Positions 14,104 through 28,833 of a stretch of DNA of 64,000 nt are shown here, one piece after another; position 1 is the first letter of the stretch; each line of letters opens with the position of its first letter. Location: contig CM022670.1 in the NCBI GenBank assembly GCA_012295275.1, positions 39,804,001 through 39,868,000 of the forward strand. The letters run 5' to 3'. A model generated the notes under the pieces. The model saw only the letters and a list, made by a program, of their open reading frames with translations. It had not been told where the DNA came from and ran no database searches. Source of the stretch: Chrysomallon squamiferum (taxonomy: Eukaryota; Animalia; Mollusca). Position numbers and translations under genes: made by a program.

Positions 14104-15150
14104 ATGATGGGTAAAGACTATTATAAAATATTAGGACTTTTAAAAGGTGCTAGTGATGATGAAATTAAGAAAGGTTATCGTAAAATGGCTTTAAAATATC
14201 ATCCAGATAAAAATAAATCTCCCGGTGCAGAAGAAAGATTCAAAGAAGTAGCCGAAGCTTACGAAGTCTTAGGTGATCCTAAGAAAAAAGAAATTTACGA
14301 CAAGTACGGAGAAGAGGGTTTGAAAGGTGGAGGCCCAGGAACAAGTGACATGGGAGGTCAGACTTTCCACTACACCTTCACAGGAAATCCACATGATACT
14401 TTCAGAATGTTTTTCGGAGATGAAAATCCCTTTCAGAGCTTTTTCAATCCTGGCACTCACAGAACAACTCCATCCTTTTTTCATTCATTTGGAAGTGATG
14501 ATCTAGACGTTGATGACGATCCATTAAGTAGCTTTATGGCTGGTGGCATACCATTTGGTGGTAGAAGCGCAGCATCAGTAGATAGTGGTTTTCGCAGGAA
14601 AGCTCAGGATCCACCAATTATCAAAGATCTGGCAGTTTCACTAGAGGATATATTTAAAGGTACAACTAAAAAATTGAAAATTGTGCGGAACGTCTTGAAT
14701 CCTGATGGACGTACAACAAGAAAAGAGGACAAAATACTCTCTATTGATGTTAAACCAGGATGGAAATCAGGTACAAAAATAACATTTCCCAAAGAAGGTG
14801 ACCAATCACCAAGGAATATTCCTGCAGATGTTGTATTTGTAATTAAGGACAAACCTCATCCAATGTACGTCCGTGATGGCAGTGACATAAAATTTAAAGC
14901 AAAAATTACACTGAGGGATGCACTATGTGGATCCACAATTTTAATTCCCACAATTGATGGCCGAAAAATACCATTGCCTTTAACAGAAATTATCAAGCCT
15001 GACACATCGAAACGAATTCAAGGGGAAGGATTGCCATATCCTAAACAGCCGTCCAAACGAGGTGATCTTATTGTATATTTTAGTATTGCATTTCCAGATC
15101 AGCTTTCACAAAGTGTGAAACAAAAACTATCAGAATGTTTACCAAAGTAA
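14104..15150 (+). CDS. Second DNAJB1/4/5-like Hsp40, intronless tandem paralogue (start at ATG 14104 or 14107)
   Basis: [11 protein letters not shown]...KYHPDKNK J-domain, G/F region and C-terminal domains ending LSECLPK*, collinear with 9598-10659. The ORF-track start at 14089 is a TTG and is not used here. Confidence 0.96.
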   Translation: MMGKDYYKILGLLKGASDDEIKKGYRKMALKYHPDKNKSPGAEERFKEVAEAYEVLGDPKKKEIYDKYGEEGLKGGGPGTSDMGGQTFHYTFTGNPHDTFRMFFGDENPFQSFFNPGTHRTTPSFFHSFGSDDLDVDDDPLSSFMAGGIPFGGRSAASVDSGFRRKAQDPPIIKDLAVSLEDIFKGTTKKLKIVRNVLNPDGRTTRKEDKILSIDVKPGWKSGTKITFPKEGDQSPRNIPADVVFVIKDKPHPMYVRDGSDIKFKAKITLRDALCGSTILIPTIDGRKIPLPLTEIIKPDTSKRIQGEGLPYPKQPSKRGDLIVYFSIAFPDQLSQSVKQKLSECLPK

Positions 15151-17817
15151 TCAAACATAAAACAAAATGTCAGGATTTCTATGTGAAGATTCCAGTGCTA
15201 ATTAATATATATTGCAGTTTATTTAATGCTTATTTAACAATATGTATTGTGGAAACTGGTTTCAGTGGTAATGAAACAAAACGTTTTGAGTTTCAGCTAT
15301 ACTAATCCAATTTTAATTGTTAATTTATTATAAACATAATTTTAGTAAATAGATTAAATTGTCAGTTACAGAAATATTTATCTAGTCATGTACTAAATAT
15401 TACAAATACAGTTCAATAATTTGCATCAATAATTTTGAAAATATGCAAAAAACTGGGAAGTGCAGATTTAAAGATTGAAGTAGAAACCCATTTGATCACA
15501 AAAACAACTTAATAGTTGCCATAAGAAAATGCCCCCAAAAATTAAATAAAAAACAAATAGTTACTTTGTATTTCAAGTTATACTTATTAGTTTTACAAAT
15601 GACTTAAAATATATAATTTTAACAAGGTCAATATAAAATAGCATTAAGTGTGACATATATTGCTAATATTTATACATGCAAAATCTTATAGAGATATATA
15701 TTTTGTACTTAAATTTAGTTACAGCTTTGGATATTTTATTTATTAATACTTTAGCCAGATTTTGTATGCCATAATCAAACATTAAGTAATCAAATTGATA
15801 ACCATGTCAGTTTTATAATTTTAAGGGTTTCTTACTGTATCTTCTTAAAATACTTGTTTTGTAATATGAGAAATGTGGGTATTAATTTTTATTATTATTT
15901 TTTTTTACTAGTCTGAATATTTTACTATACTTTTAGGGCATTATACAGGTTTGGTAAATCTTTTTTAAAAGTTTGTTATTTCTGTTTTGTAACAAAATCT
16001 ATGCAAAAGAAACTTCCAAAGCAGAAGATATTTAACAACTGGAAACTAGAACTTTTTAATTTATTATATTTGTATTTCATTATATTTATTTCCACTGCTG
16101 TTCCTAATAAATTCTCCATCTCATGTCATGAGAATATACAAGGTTATTTTTTCATAGTCCATAGATTTTATTTTGTTAAATATATAAATGTTTCTGTCTG
16201 TCTCTTGCAGTGGTTTATGTGAAAGTAGTGTCTCATGGCAAATTTTTTCATTAAATTTCTTTTTTCTCCAGAAGAGAAATATACTGTTTTGATCCTAACT
16301 GTATTGATTTCTTCTGTTTTTGTTTTTGTTTTTTAAAGTTAGTTCTTGTAAATGTTGTTGAAAATTATTTCAAACTGATGATTAGTTGTAATTAAGAAAA
16401 ATCTATTTCAACTGTTTAATGAACGGTTTTATTGTTGAATGTTTTTTTAATTTTATAGGATTAATACAAAAATAATCATCTAGATTATACATTGTATGAA
16501 CATTTTATTAGCAGTTATATTCATAATAAAATTTACAAATCAGTGATCTACACACATTGGTTTTATTTGAATATATTTTATAATTTGTTACATATATTAC
16601 TTTTGTATTCTATATGATTAATATATATTTATTGCTGGATGTAATTGTTTACTATATATTTGTATTATAAAATACAGCTGAAGGAGAACACTGGTTTCAG
16701 TTTGAAAAATTATAATAATAAAAAAATTAAATAAAATAAATTAAAAAATTAATTTTAAGAAATAAGCATTTTTGATATGAAAATAATAGCTACTTTTAGT
16801 CTGAAAAACCTTTATTTTTGTACTTCATGACTTTTTATTAATGGAAATGATGCAGTTTAAGAATAAATACTGATTTATTTATCTATTTATTGATGTCTCT
16901 CAGACATATAAGCATATTCCTTTTATAGAATACTTATTTTGTAATATACGAGTATCTTTTGGAGATACATATGCTATACTCAACGTCTTTCTGTGATGAA
17001 TTTTCAAACTATGCAAAGAACATTTTTAATGCATATGTTTTTGAATAATGCTTAACTGTTAATTGTAGTGTATTTGTTAAGTATGTTTGGTGCTAATTTT
17101 TAATGCTTTACAGCTTCCACTGATTGTTCTTGCACAAGAAAATAAACTTGTTATATAAATATAAATTTCCCATGTGTTTTATTTATCTTCAGTTAGATAT
17201 TGATAGATGGATGGATGAATGGATGGATACATGATGAGAATGAATGACTTACTAACAGTTATTTGTATATATATATATATTGGAGGGGTGATGATATAAA
17301 AGAAAAGATTTTATATTGTTTTTCCCTATCAGTAGCAAGATGGGTTTTTTGTTTGTTTATTTTTTATTTTTGTCTGTAACATGATCTTTGAAAAACTGAC
17401 TCTGACTGGAATAGGAGATTGCTCACTCAAAGAGTTGAATTTGATCAAACTGAAATGATTCATAATCATAAAAGTCCACAAAAAACGACCACCCTATCCA
17501 TTTATCTCAAAGAAAAATTATGATAAAACTAGCAGAAAAAGAATAATGAATAATAAAACCAATATGTTATGAAAAGAATATTTTTTATTGAAAAAAATAA
17601 AAATAAGTCAAAATATGATCCAAGCTCTCTGTCATGTTATCTGACCTTAATCACAGCCATCCAGTCATTCAGTATAATGTAGAGAACCAAGACAATTACC
17701 ATAATAATGGATTTGGAATCGATGAAAAGGCATGTTTCGTTTTATCATAAATAACAGGAATTTTATGAATGGTATGTTTTATATAATATGCATTCTCATT
17801 CCATGGGAGACTTTAAA

Positions 17818-20800
17818 CTACACTGTTTTTCTTTGTTCTTCGTGTGATCTGTGATGAAAGACAAACGAAACTCCAGAATCCCAGGATGCTTTGAGAGCCA
17901 CATCAACTAAACCTTTTTTGTCGGCACAGTGAAACCACTGAGAAATGTCTGAGTTGCAGTCTGTGTCAGGGGCTGGAGGTCGCACTTGGATGCCATTCAC
18001 ACAGCGCTTGCATTTAAATCTGAAATACATTTTATTTCATTTTAATGTCTGTTCCAGAAGTATTACAGTTTACTCTGGCTTATTGTTAAAAAAAATGTTA
18101 TTTAAAAAGTTATTTCATTTTTTTTTTATTTAAATAAATGTAATTAAAATGTATAAAATTTACATTCTGGTGGTATATTACTGATGTCACAGCAAGAGTA
18201 ACAATTTAATTTAAAAACAAAGTAAACCTACTTGTCATGTGTGTCGCTGTTCGTGTGTTCATTGAGGCGGAACAGGTGGCGCAGCTCTTCCAAACTGAAA
18301 TGGCGCTGGACATCTTCCTCCTTGTCCACCACACAGCTGCTCAAAGCCTTCTTGTGAGCCTGGCGCTGAAAGATCTTCTCTTCAATTGATCCAGTCTGAA
18401 ACAGTCAAAAATAATTAATTACACTTAATTAAGTCTTCTTTTTCTTTTTCCTTTTATAATTTGTTTTTTCCCCTTTTTTTTTTTAAAACCTTAAGTTAAA
18501 CAAATCAACAACTTAAACCACATTTTCAAAAATGTTTTAATCTCAACACAGATTGAAAGATGCTTAGCATTAAATATAGTTCCTTAAGCCAAAAACAGAA
18601 ATTTAAAAAAAAAAAAAAAAAAAGATGGTGGAAAGTTGATATAAATGTGGAGGCTTAACTCTTAATTCTTAGCAAGTAGAATTCATCCACAGCCCAATGA
18701 GAAAGCAAATACAACATTTTTTTTTTTTTATTTTACACAAATCAAGAATGGAATATTTTTCTTAATAGATGTCAACAACTTTCAGGTGCAAGAAATAATA
18801 CATATTAAGAATTATTTTCAGTAATAAAATAAGTAAAACAAAGCAGTTATAAATAAAAATAATTAATTATTAATATGCTTATTAATTTTGAGCAGTAAAT
18901 ATGTTTAGTGTTATTAGTGAAATGAATATAAACAACAAATGGTAAACAGTGAACATTGTAAACTGTGATGTGACTCACAGCAATGAGTCTATATATAAAG
19001 CACTGTTTTTTCTGCCCATCTCGCCAGCATCGAGCCATGGCCTGTTCATCATTGGCTGGATTCCAGTCAGGGTCAAACATGACCAGTCGATTGGCTCCTA
19101 TCAGATTCAGTCCACAGCCTCCAGCCTTGCTGCTTAACATGAATATAAAGTCAGCAGACTTAAAAAAAAAAAAAAAAAAAAATAAAAATAAATACATTAA
19201 TAAAGATGTATAGATTGAGTATCCCATATCCAAAATTCCAAAATCTGAAAACCTTTGAAATCCAAAACTTTTTCCAAGCAGCAGAAAAATTAATATCTTA
19301 GTTTTCAGATTTTTGGGCATAGACAAACAATATTTTATGCCCAAAATTATAATTAAAAAAAATCCTGCAGACTTTCTGTGTAAGCCATATATGAAAAATA
19401 AATGGAATTCATATTTAGATGTAGATTCTATTCTCATGCTATCACCTTATATTCCAAAATTCAAAATACTTCCAGTCCTAAGTATTTTGGATAAAGGATT
19501 CTCAACCTGTATTAGTTTCATTATTAAATTATTAATAAAATTACTGGATATCTTGAAATAACTTCATTTTTACAATGCAGATGAAAACAATGTTTTGATT
19601 ATTATGCCATAAATATAACAATAATTAGAACACTTCAATGTATATATCTTTGCTATTAAATAATTAGGCTACTATAATTTAGATGGAAGACAATCCAAAA
19701 CTTATAATTATCTAATCAAACAGATATATTTTATAAATTATTGAAAAATAATATTATAACTTTGTTAAGAGATTTCTCATCTATCAAATGCATAATCTTA
19801 CACATGTACTTACAGATGGATCATTGAATCTTTCAACTACTTTTGATCTCTTTTTTATAGTCATTGATCCATCCAGTCTAACGTACAAGTAACTGAAAAA
19901 TTAGAAATATAAAATAAATGTCTTAAGTAAAGTAACTCCTAAAGTTTTGTAATACAAAAACAATGTTTAAATTTTCACTGATATTTTTGATATAAAAGAA
20001 AATATCTGGATACGAATGTTAAAAGAAATTTATTTTATCATAAAACTGTGCATAATAAATAATGTCAAAAAAAGAGATAACACAGGAAAAAAAAAAAAAA
20101 AAAAAAGAAAAAAGAAATAATAAAAAAAGTTAAATTTGATGGACATTTAAATTTAATTTAGTTGTTTTCGCTGTACATACTTTCTTTGCCGGCAGAGCTT
20201 CTCAAAGAGATCCAGTGTCTGAGTGTAGTTTGAAACAAGAACAACTTTGTCATTTGAGCTGGCTTTTATCACAGCAAGCAGTGTGTCCAGCACTAGAAAT
20301 TTACCTGAACAACAAACAGCATTATGTAAATTTAAGACATTCAATAAAATAAAACTTCAATATTAACTAAGACATGATGCAGTGATAAAGAAAACTGAAC
20401 TACTGTTATTAATTCTACTGCTGCAATTACACTTATTACTTCTACAACTATTACTGTTGCCACCACTACCATTAAACATTGATACATCCTTTATGATCAT
20501 GGAGTCTAAACTGGACAAATAATTTAACTATTTAAGATAATTAAATATTATTTTCGAGAAAGACATGATTTGTAATTATGGTTTCCACTTTGACAAAAAA
20601 ACTTTACCAAGTAAAATAATGAAAACGTGTTTTAATACTGGAATACCTGAGAGGTTTGGTTTAACTGTCTTTAAATTGTAATCTGAAGGAAACAAGCCAG
20701 CTGTTCCTTCAAAGCCATCGGCTCCTTGCATACATTTGTCATATATCAGATCAGGATCTTCAACAGAAAAAACATAACACTTCTATCATTTCAGAAAGAA

Positions 20801-23800
20801 GCTTACATAGTATGTGTTGAGGTGTTAATAAAACAATGTAATACAGATCTATTCACTTCAAGTGATCATTTTATTGTTTTGGGTGATCTGTGATCACTGA
20901 TAATAAACTAAGAACAGTTATAAAATAATAGAATGCTGCCATTTTACTAATTCCAAGCTTGAAATAGTAATTTTCAATGGAGTATACATTTTTTTCCTTA
21001 AAATCATCATGAGCTATGTTTTTAATTCTTTTATCCTTTTTCTTATAAAAGTTTATTAAAAAAAAAAAAAACCTAAAACCCACTTGACTGGATATTTATA
21101 TAACAGGTCCAGAAAACCCCAAAAAAAGCTTTGATCTTACTGATTTTGCAGTCTCAGTGAAATTTATGTATACAGTTTATTAAACAAGTCAATGACTATT
21201 TAAATACTTTCAGATCTATAAAATTAAAGAACTTTATAATGAAAAAAAAGCAAAAAAAGACATCTCTTGGTATTTCTGTAAATGACATCTTGTGGCAAGA
21301 ACTAAAAAATACAACATTATTAGGATTATTTACTACTATGAAGATATTAAAAATAACTGCATGTTGTTGGAACTTACGGTTGCAAAGTTTTTTGAGCTGT
21401 GTGATTGCTGACAGACTGCTAAGTGTGGCATTGCCAGTAACTTGACATCGATTTGTCTGTGACTCCACAAACGATTTATACAGAGCTACCTGAAGTGGTG
21501 TCATTCGGCAACAAACAATCTGTTCAACTGAAAAAAAAAAAAAATAATAATAATAAATTGGATGAATAAGGATAAAGAACATGAATAAACATTATTTATT
21601 TAATTAACTGGTTTGTAAAGAATAAAAATTGTGACTAATGTAATGCATCAACTATAATAAAACATACAGAATTTTACATATAATAACGTTTGCCCACACA
21701 TAGAAATTTGATAGTCAAAGGAATGTTATTATGCACCTTTTAAAAAACAAATGTGATTAATACACAAACCTTTCACAGGTAAATATTTTGTCAGCAAAGA
21801 CTGAGTGCGACGGATGATACATCTATTAACAATTGCTGCAAGCTAAATAAACAAAAAGATATTTATATAATTATAAAATCAGATATAATTTTGTATATAT
21901 ATATATAAACAGTAAAAGTGTGGAAATGTTTTTTTTTTTTTTTTGACTCTCTTTTCTAACAACAAATATCACAATTTTAAGTATAACAAAATTATTTTGA
22001 TATATGTATTCAGCTTGTAACGATTTAATAAAAGAAAAAAACAACAAAAAAACAAATGTTGTATCATGTAACATCATGAAAACAAAGATTGCAGCAACTT
22101 GTTTATTTTGTTACAGCAAAGATAGAGTCTGGAAATAACAACAACCATCACTTTAAACATGTACTTGTTTCTATCATTAAGACAGGAGAAACTAAGGAAA
22201 TATCAGATCAGACTCTTTCCAAATATTTTTAAAAAAATGAAATAAACCTCTTGAAGTTTTTCCTGTCCTTTCTGGTGATCACTGTCTGTTGCATCTGCAT
22301 CACGACCTCGCAAGATGATGTTTTCAAAGCGACGTTTGAACTCTTGCGCTGTCCCTAAGTAACAAGTACATCATTTCAAACTAAAATCTCTAACTTATTA
22401 ATACAAACATATATGCTATTGTAATGGATAAAATATTGTAAATCACATTACTAACTTAAAAACAATATTTTATAAAAGTATTTAATTGTTTAATATTGTA
22501 ACACTGAACAAAAGTAAACTATTCAAGAAGAATATTTTGTTTAAGGATTTTAACAGTACCTAATATTCCTGAATTAACAAAGTGAACCAGACTGAAGTAC
22601 TCGAGAAGATCATTTTGTATTGGAGTTCCAGACAACAAGATACGTCTCTTTGTTTTCAGCTTATTTAATGCAGCGTACGTCTGATTTTCAGAATTCTTTA
22701 ACCGATGACCCTGAAAAAATAACAAAAAGCCCCAAAACATTAACAGTATTAATGACAAGGCTTTTCCAATAAATCTATTAACAAAAGGAAACTGGCTGCC
22801 ACATCTATATGGACTGCAATGATTAGCAGCAAGGACTCTTTTAAATGCGAATTCCCAAAGAAATGAATGTATAAAAATAAAAAGTAATAAAAAATATTGA
22901 TTTTAATAACTACAAAGAAATGAATGGGTATATTTTGAAATAATTTCTTCTTCTTTACTGTCACCATAATTAATAAAAGAAAAATTGTTTTAATTAGGAC
23001 AATACAACACAGAGAAACAATATTTTTTTCTAAATTTATATATTACGATTAAATTCCTGTGCATTATATAAATGCTTGGAAAGTAAAATGACAGAACTGC
23101 AACACTAACCTCATCACAGATAACAAGACCCACTGTTCCTTTGTGGAGAACCTCTGCGTGCAGTCGAAATGTTTCGTATGAAAGTATTAGAATGGGGTAC
23201 ATCACTCGATGGCCTTGCTGCTGCATGAACTGAACTAAGAAAACAAAGAACAGACTTTACTTTACTGTCAGCCTTAAATCTGATCTGCTTCAGATGAATG
23301 AAGAGCATCTCATTTACTACTAGAACTGATTAATTTTAGACATAAAGTTTGTAACAATGACCATGAATCTTTTAAATATTTTGTTACAGTACAATAATAT
23401 AGCGTCCTAAACAATTTCAAAAGCATTTTTCATAGAAGAAATACAGTTTTATATTTTAGGCCAAAATCTGGCTTATTTCAGAAAGTCTACAATTTGTTAG
23501 CTTCTCTAAAACAGTTGAAATGTAAAAAATATATATGCCAAAAAAACAAACAAAAAGAGCTATTTTAGTAATAATCAAATAAAATCTTCATTTTAAATAT
23601 AATGCCAATTAACAAAGAACAAAATGTTTTATTTCCTACCAGCTAAACCAAATGAAAGAATTGATTAAATTTGTGGGTGGTTTTTTTTAATGAATTAACA
23701 TAATAAAGTACTTGGTGTAAATAATTTTAATGGATAACAAAAAGAAAAAACAAAATAAATAAAAATACAATAAAGAATTAAAAAAAAATAATAATAAATA

Positions 23801-26338
23801 TTGGACAAAATTGTATATTTAATTTTACCTACAAGCTTATTAATTTTTTTTTTTTTTTTTTTTTTAAAGAATATAAAAACATGAAGGTTACAGAATGTGA
23901 AAAACTCTAATACCAAGATCTTTGTCTATTTCTTTCTTGCTTCCTGAATCAATGGCCATTGGCTTCACTCGACTACCTAACCACTTGCCAATTTCATTAA
24001 ACCAGTTCTAAAATAAAAAAAAAACATTTGTATGAGATACCAACATCCTTAATGTGAAGGATGTTCAATTTATTCAACAACACAACAGTAATAAATTCAA
24101 TATAAAAAAAAAAAAAAAAAATAAAAATAAATTCATGACATGTTAGTTTTTCTGCAGTTTGGAAATGCTGAAAAATACTGAAGAAAATTAAAAATGGTGT
24201 GTCCATCTCTGCTGTATAGCTGTTTGCAACATAACACACATGTTCCACTTTATTTTTGATTAAATTATAATAGGATATTGTCTAAGACAAAATCAAGAAA
24301 ATAAAAAGAAATTTAAAATTTAAAATTTAAAAAGACTGTCATTTAATAAAGAATAGATTATTGATTTTATATTTTTACCTTAACTAAACTGCTTGGTGCA
24401 ACAATCATACATTTCTCTATTGTTGGTTTGCAATCTGGGCCCTGTTTCTGTAATATTTTAAATAGACTTTAGGATCTATTTTATTAATACAACACTAAAT
24501 TCATTTAAACTAGCAACATTTGAATAAACACCTGTTAATTAATTTAAGGTATTAAAATGCACATATGCCAAAAATATAAAAAAATAAATAAAAATTTAAC
24601 AGAAACAATAATCTTCACATATGAGCATCAACTTTTCTAAACTTATCCACTAAATCTTTCATATTCATTTAAAAAATTAATAATCTAAATATAAACTAAA
24701 CTACTTCTAGTCTTTATTCCAAATTCTAAGTAACAGACTTAGTGAAATATTTTACCAGCAGAGTCCATATCAAAGCTATACACTGAAGTGTCTTTCCCAG
24801 ACCCTACAAAAACACACACAAGAAACAAAAATCAATTGTAAATCTTCAGGTTTATACAAATTAATCATTTAAAGATTTTTTCACTCCTTGGTGTTATCTT
24901 TTACAGCATAGTACAATTATTATTTAATACTAAAAACTAATTTATATCAATATATCTTACTTGTTTCCTATACCAAATTATAATGCAATAATATATCATT
25001 AAATAGTTAAAATTAAATATAGTGATTATGTGACAGGCCCATTTGTATCAGAAATCTGTAGAAAGTCATACTAGTAAAATTTATGAATTTTAAATTAATT
25101 GTTCTAATGTTTATGGATATTATGCAATTGCAGTTATTTTTAAACAGTTAGCTTTAAATAACTTACCATTTCATCAGCCATGATGCATCCATAATTATTT
25201 TCAATCTGGTTACCAACACTACAGTCATACATAAACTTGACTCCCTGTAGAAAGAATGTATTAGCTGTTTAAAAAATTTCTACTTTATTACATTTTTGTG
25301 GTATCTTAAAATGTCTTGTTTCAAGAATTACTAATAAAATATGAGCTTTAAAATGATCCAATGTTCAATAATGTATTGACTCAAAGACAAATTATCACAT
25401 TTCAAAGAAAACATATGGCAATGCAAGTTGAGTTTGGAAATTTTGCTAAACATGTTTTGAATTCAGTCATGGTAAAACTGCACACTACTGAAACACTGCT
25501 GAAAAAACTAAAAACATCAAGTGTAAAATTACTAAAAACAACACCACCTTTCTTTCCAAAACATTTATTTAGATACCTCTTAATTTGTATCAAAAAAAAA
25601 AAAAAAAAAAAAAAAAATCACCCTGTCATTTAACATTTTAACAAGACAGTAACCACAAGTACTTCTATAAATATAACTACCTCTCTCTGGTGAGGACGAA
25701 GGACCTTTGTAAGTGCAGGATCAACAACAACGTGAACTGGCTGCTTGTCTCTAAAACATTTTACAGACACAATTATTAAACAGTAATCAAATAAAACTGT
25801 CTTTTTGGAAAGACAACTTTCATTAGTACTTTCAATTATTTGAACACAACATGTATTTAATTATTCAATTAAAGAATAAACTTCTGCAATGTGAAATTCA
25901 TGTCAATTATGAAACAACATTAATCATACTATTCTCAGAGCACTGGTTTATATTATCTGGGGAAAAAATACGAATCTCTTTTCTCCTTCCCACCCCCCCA
26001 CAAAAAACTAAAAATGTTTAAAAAAAAGAAAGAAAAAAGACAATTAAACATTATACTAACAAATCAACTTTCAACTGTTCATGAGCAGATAACTCTGGGG
26101 GGCTATATAAAACTAGAGCACCTTCTTCGTATGGATCAAAAAGAGGCTGCCTCACACCTTGACGTCTTACTCCAAGTTTTCGATTCAGTCCATTTCCTGT
26201 TAAAAAAAAAAGTGAATTTTCAAAACAAAAACAACAACTTATAGATTATTTTATAAACAGAAATGTTCCAGGAAGTAAAATATCTTTCATTCAGATGTTC
26301 TTCCTTTTTTCTATTTTAAATGTTTTCAAAAGGACAAT

Positions 26339-26370
<32 letters not shown>

Positions 26371-28183
26371 GTGTAAATATTATAATTATAATACATTTAA
26401 CCAATAACACAATTTAAAAATATTTCAAGGTAACTGCAATTCAGTATAATAAGAATGGAAAAGAATTATATTACACACATACCTTGATAATTGGGGATGG
26501 GAATTTTAAATGGCTTTGACAGAATTTTTTTGATAAGAGCTTCCTGAAATACAATTTTCACAAACTTTGTCGTTATTAAGTTATATAAACCATGATTTAA
26601 AAGAGAATTAAAAATAAATTAAAAATAATAGAATATTGGATTCATTTCTCCTTAAATTGAATTACAATATGAAAGAATGTTTCTGAAATTCTGGTTATAC
26701 TTGTCCTCTTTTGTTTAAATCATGACTGCATTAATTATGATATGAAATAATAATAATTAATAAAAAATATAAACAACATTAGCCCAGAGTGAAAGAATAA
26801 AGTATCTAAGTAAAAATAAAAGAACATACATGTGAGCCAGCATCAGTAAAATCTGGTGTGTTGACAATGTTTGCAAGTGGTTTGCGATAAGGTGACTCAT
26901 GCTGAAATTTCAGAGTAGAATTATCTACCAGAACACGCCTTGTCTGAAATTGATAATTAAAAAAATATAAAATAGAGCAAAGAAATAAATCAGTTTACAA
27001 TATACATATATAGCATAATCAAGACAAATAATATATTTAACAATGTTCAAAAATTCACTGTTACGGAAACTGTTTCAGTCTGCAAATCATTTTTAAATAC
27101 AACTTTATATTTAAATTTCAGTTAGTATCTTAAAATTGTTCTTAATTAAATAAAATATGCTCATTAAAAATTTATATTTAACTTCTCCATGATAATCAAA
27201 TGATATATCTCCTGCTTGTTAGTCTTACTTTAGTTTTAGGGCTATCACTTTCTTCTTCATATTTTCTTTTTGACAAAAACTCTCTCTGACTTGGTGCTTG
27301 ACTTCGTCTCTAATAAAAAAAAAAATCTTAAAATGAAAAAAAGAAAATAGTCAGTGCTGAAACTGACACAAACAGACCTAACGTATGCAGAAGTTGACAC
27401 ACATAACTAAATATATAAAGACACACACACACACACACACACATCATTAAAAAACTTGTTGATCTAAAAAGCCAAAGAAAATTTGAAATATTTTTTGTTT
27501 TGTTTTTCAGACTTTATAAATAATTTTATATTTTAACTAGGTGCAAAACAACAAAGAATAAAAAATTGATATTGAGTAAAACATCTGCTGTCATGACTTA
27601 CATCTAATTAATATAAACTTCAACCATATTAAAAATATATAGCTGTATTTATTAACTTAACATTAAAAAAAAGTGAAACACTTTCAATAATAATAATAAT
27701 GATGATAATAATAATAATAATAATAATAAAATAAAAGAATAACACTAATTGTAACTAAACAACAAATAAGGGATTTATTTATAATTATTTGATTGAATGA
27801 AATCTGATATTGCTACATAAGCATTAAACGTAATTAAAAAATTATAAATAATTATTTATAAAATTATAATAATTTAATTTTTAAAATCCTAAATATCAGT
27901 AAGAGTAAGCTGAGTGAGTTAGTTTGAATATCGTGTGATTTTCTTTTTCTTTTTTAATTACAAACACTGAATCGGTGACGACTGCTTTAATAGTAATAGT
28001 CTAAATCCTAAAACTAATAACTAGTAAAAATAATACTATAAATTATAATATTAATAATACTAATACATTTTACAGTAAACTGTAATAGTATTAATAATAA
28101 TAATAGTATAGTACTAAGTAAATTTAAGCATAATAGAAATACTATAATAATATTATTAATAATAATAAATAGTAAAATACCAT
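17818..28183 (-). CDS. RAD54L: DNA repair and recombination protein RAD54-like (SNF2 family)
   Basis: Minus-strand exons: ATG 28183-28181, 27309-27229, 26943-26830, 26543-26483, 26196-26061, 25750-25681, 25244-25167, 24803-24756, 24447-24379, 24007-23914, 23234-23110, 22710-22560, 22354-22248, 21842-21770, 21527-21378, 20757-20647, 20304-20181, 19892-19814, 19158-18979, 18395-18232, 18019-17818. All join in phase. Motifs: [93 protein letters not shown], and the C-terminal HDKFKCKRC Zn motif. Confidence 0.96.
19211..19509. mobile_element. Tigger/pogo-type MITE (Tigger4/Zombi-like ends) in a RAD54L intron
   Basis: The left end TAGATTGAGTATCCCATATCCAAAAT and the reverse complement of the right end CAGGTTGAGAATCCTTTATCCAAAAT form an imperfect ~26-bp TIR, with TA on both sides (19209-10, 19510-11). 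A related copy lies at 48117-48377. Confidence 0.8.
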
Positions 28184-28801
28184 GTCCTAAATATTATCAG
28201 TGTCATTTCTTCATTATAAAGAACTGTCAGGCTTATAATAAATATAATGTTATCATAAGTAAACAAATTTAAACAACAAACAAACAAAAATCACAACGTG
28301 ACATAAAAAAAGAACTGATAGCCATACGATCTAATACGACTACAATTATTTTGTGTTTAGCCGCCATTTTATGAAGGTAATTCCCTATCATTTGACTAAC
28401 CAATCATAATACAGATTTAATTTACTGTTCTGTTGACTATGGAAGTTGGCCACAACAAACTGAAATGTGAAGCCAAGACATAATTATTAACTTCCATTTT
28501 GTCATTCCCGGAACTGATTTTCCGGTTAATTTGTATGTTTATTTTCATATCTGGCCCATGTATGACCATTTTTGTAAAACATACACATCCTTTTTCTAAT
28601 AATATGTGAAACAGGATCTAAAGCACAATTATTGTGTAATACCGTCACTATAAATAAAATCCAGTGATGTAAGTAACATTAACGTGTCTAAATTCTAAAG
28701 GATTTTACATATATAATACCTCAGATTAAAAATAAGAAAAAAAGTGAGTAAGTATGTCCAACTACCTGATTATTATGATGATGATAATAAAAACATACCT
28801 G

Positions 28802-28833
<32 letters not shown>

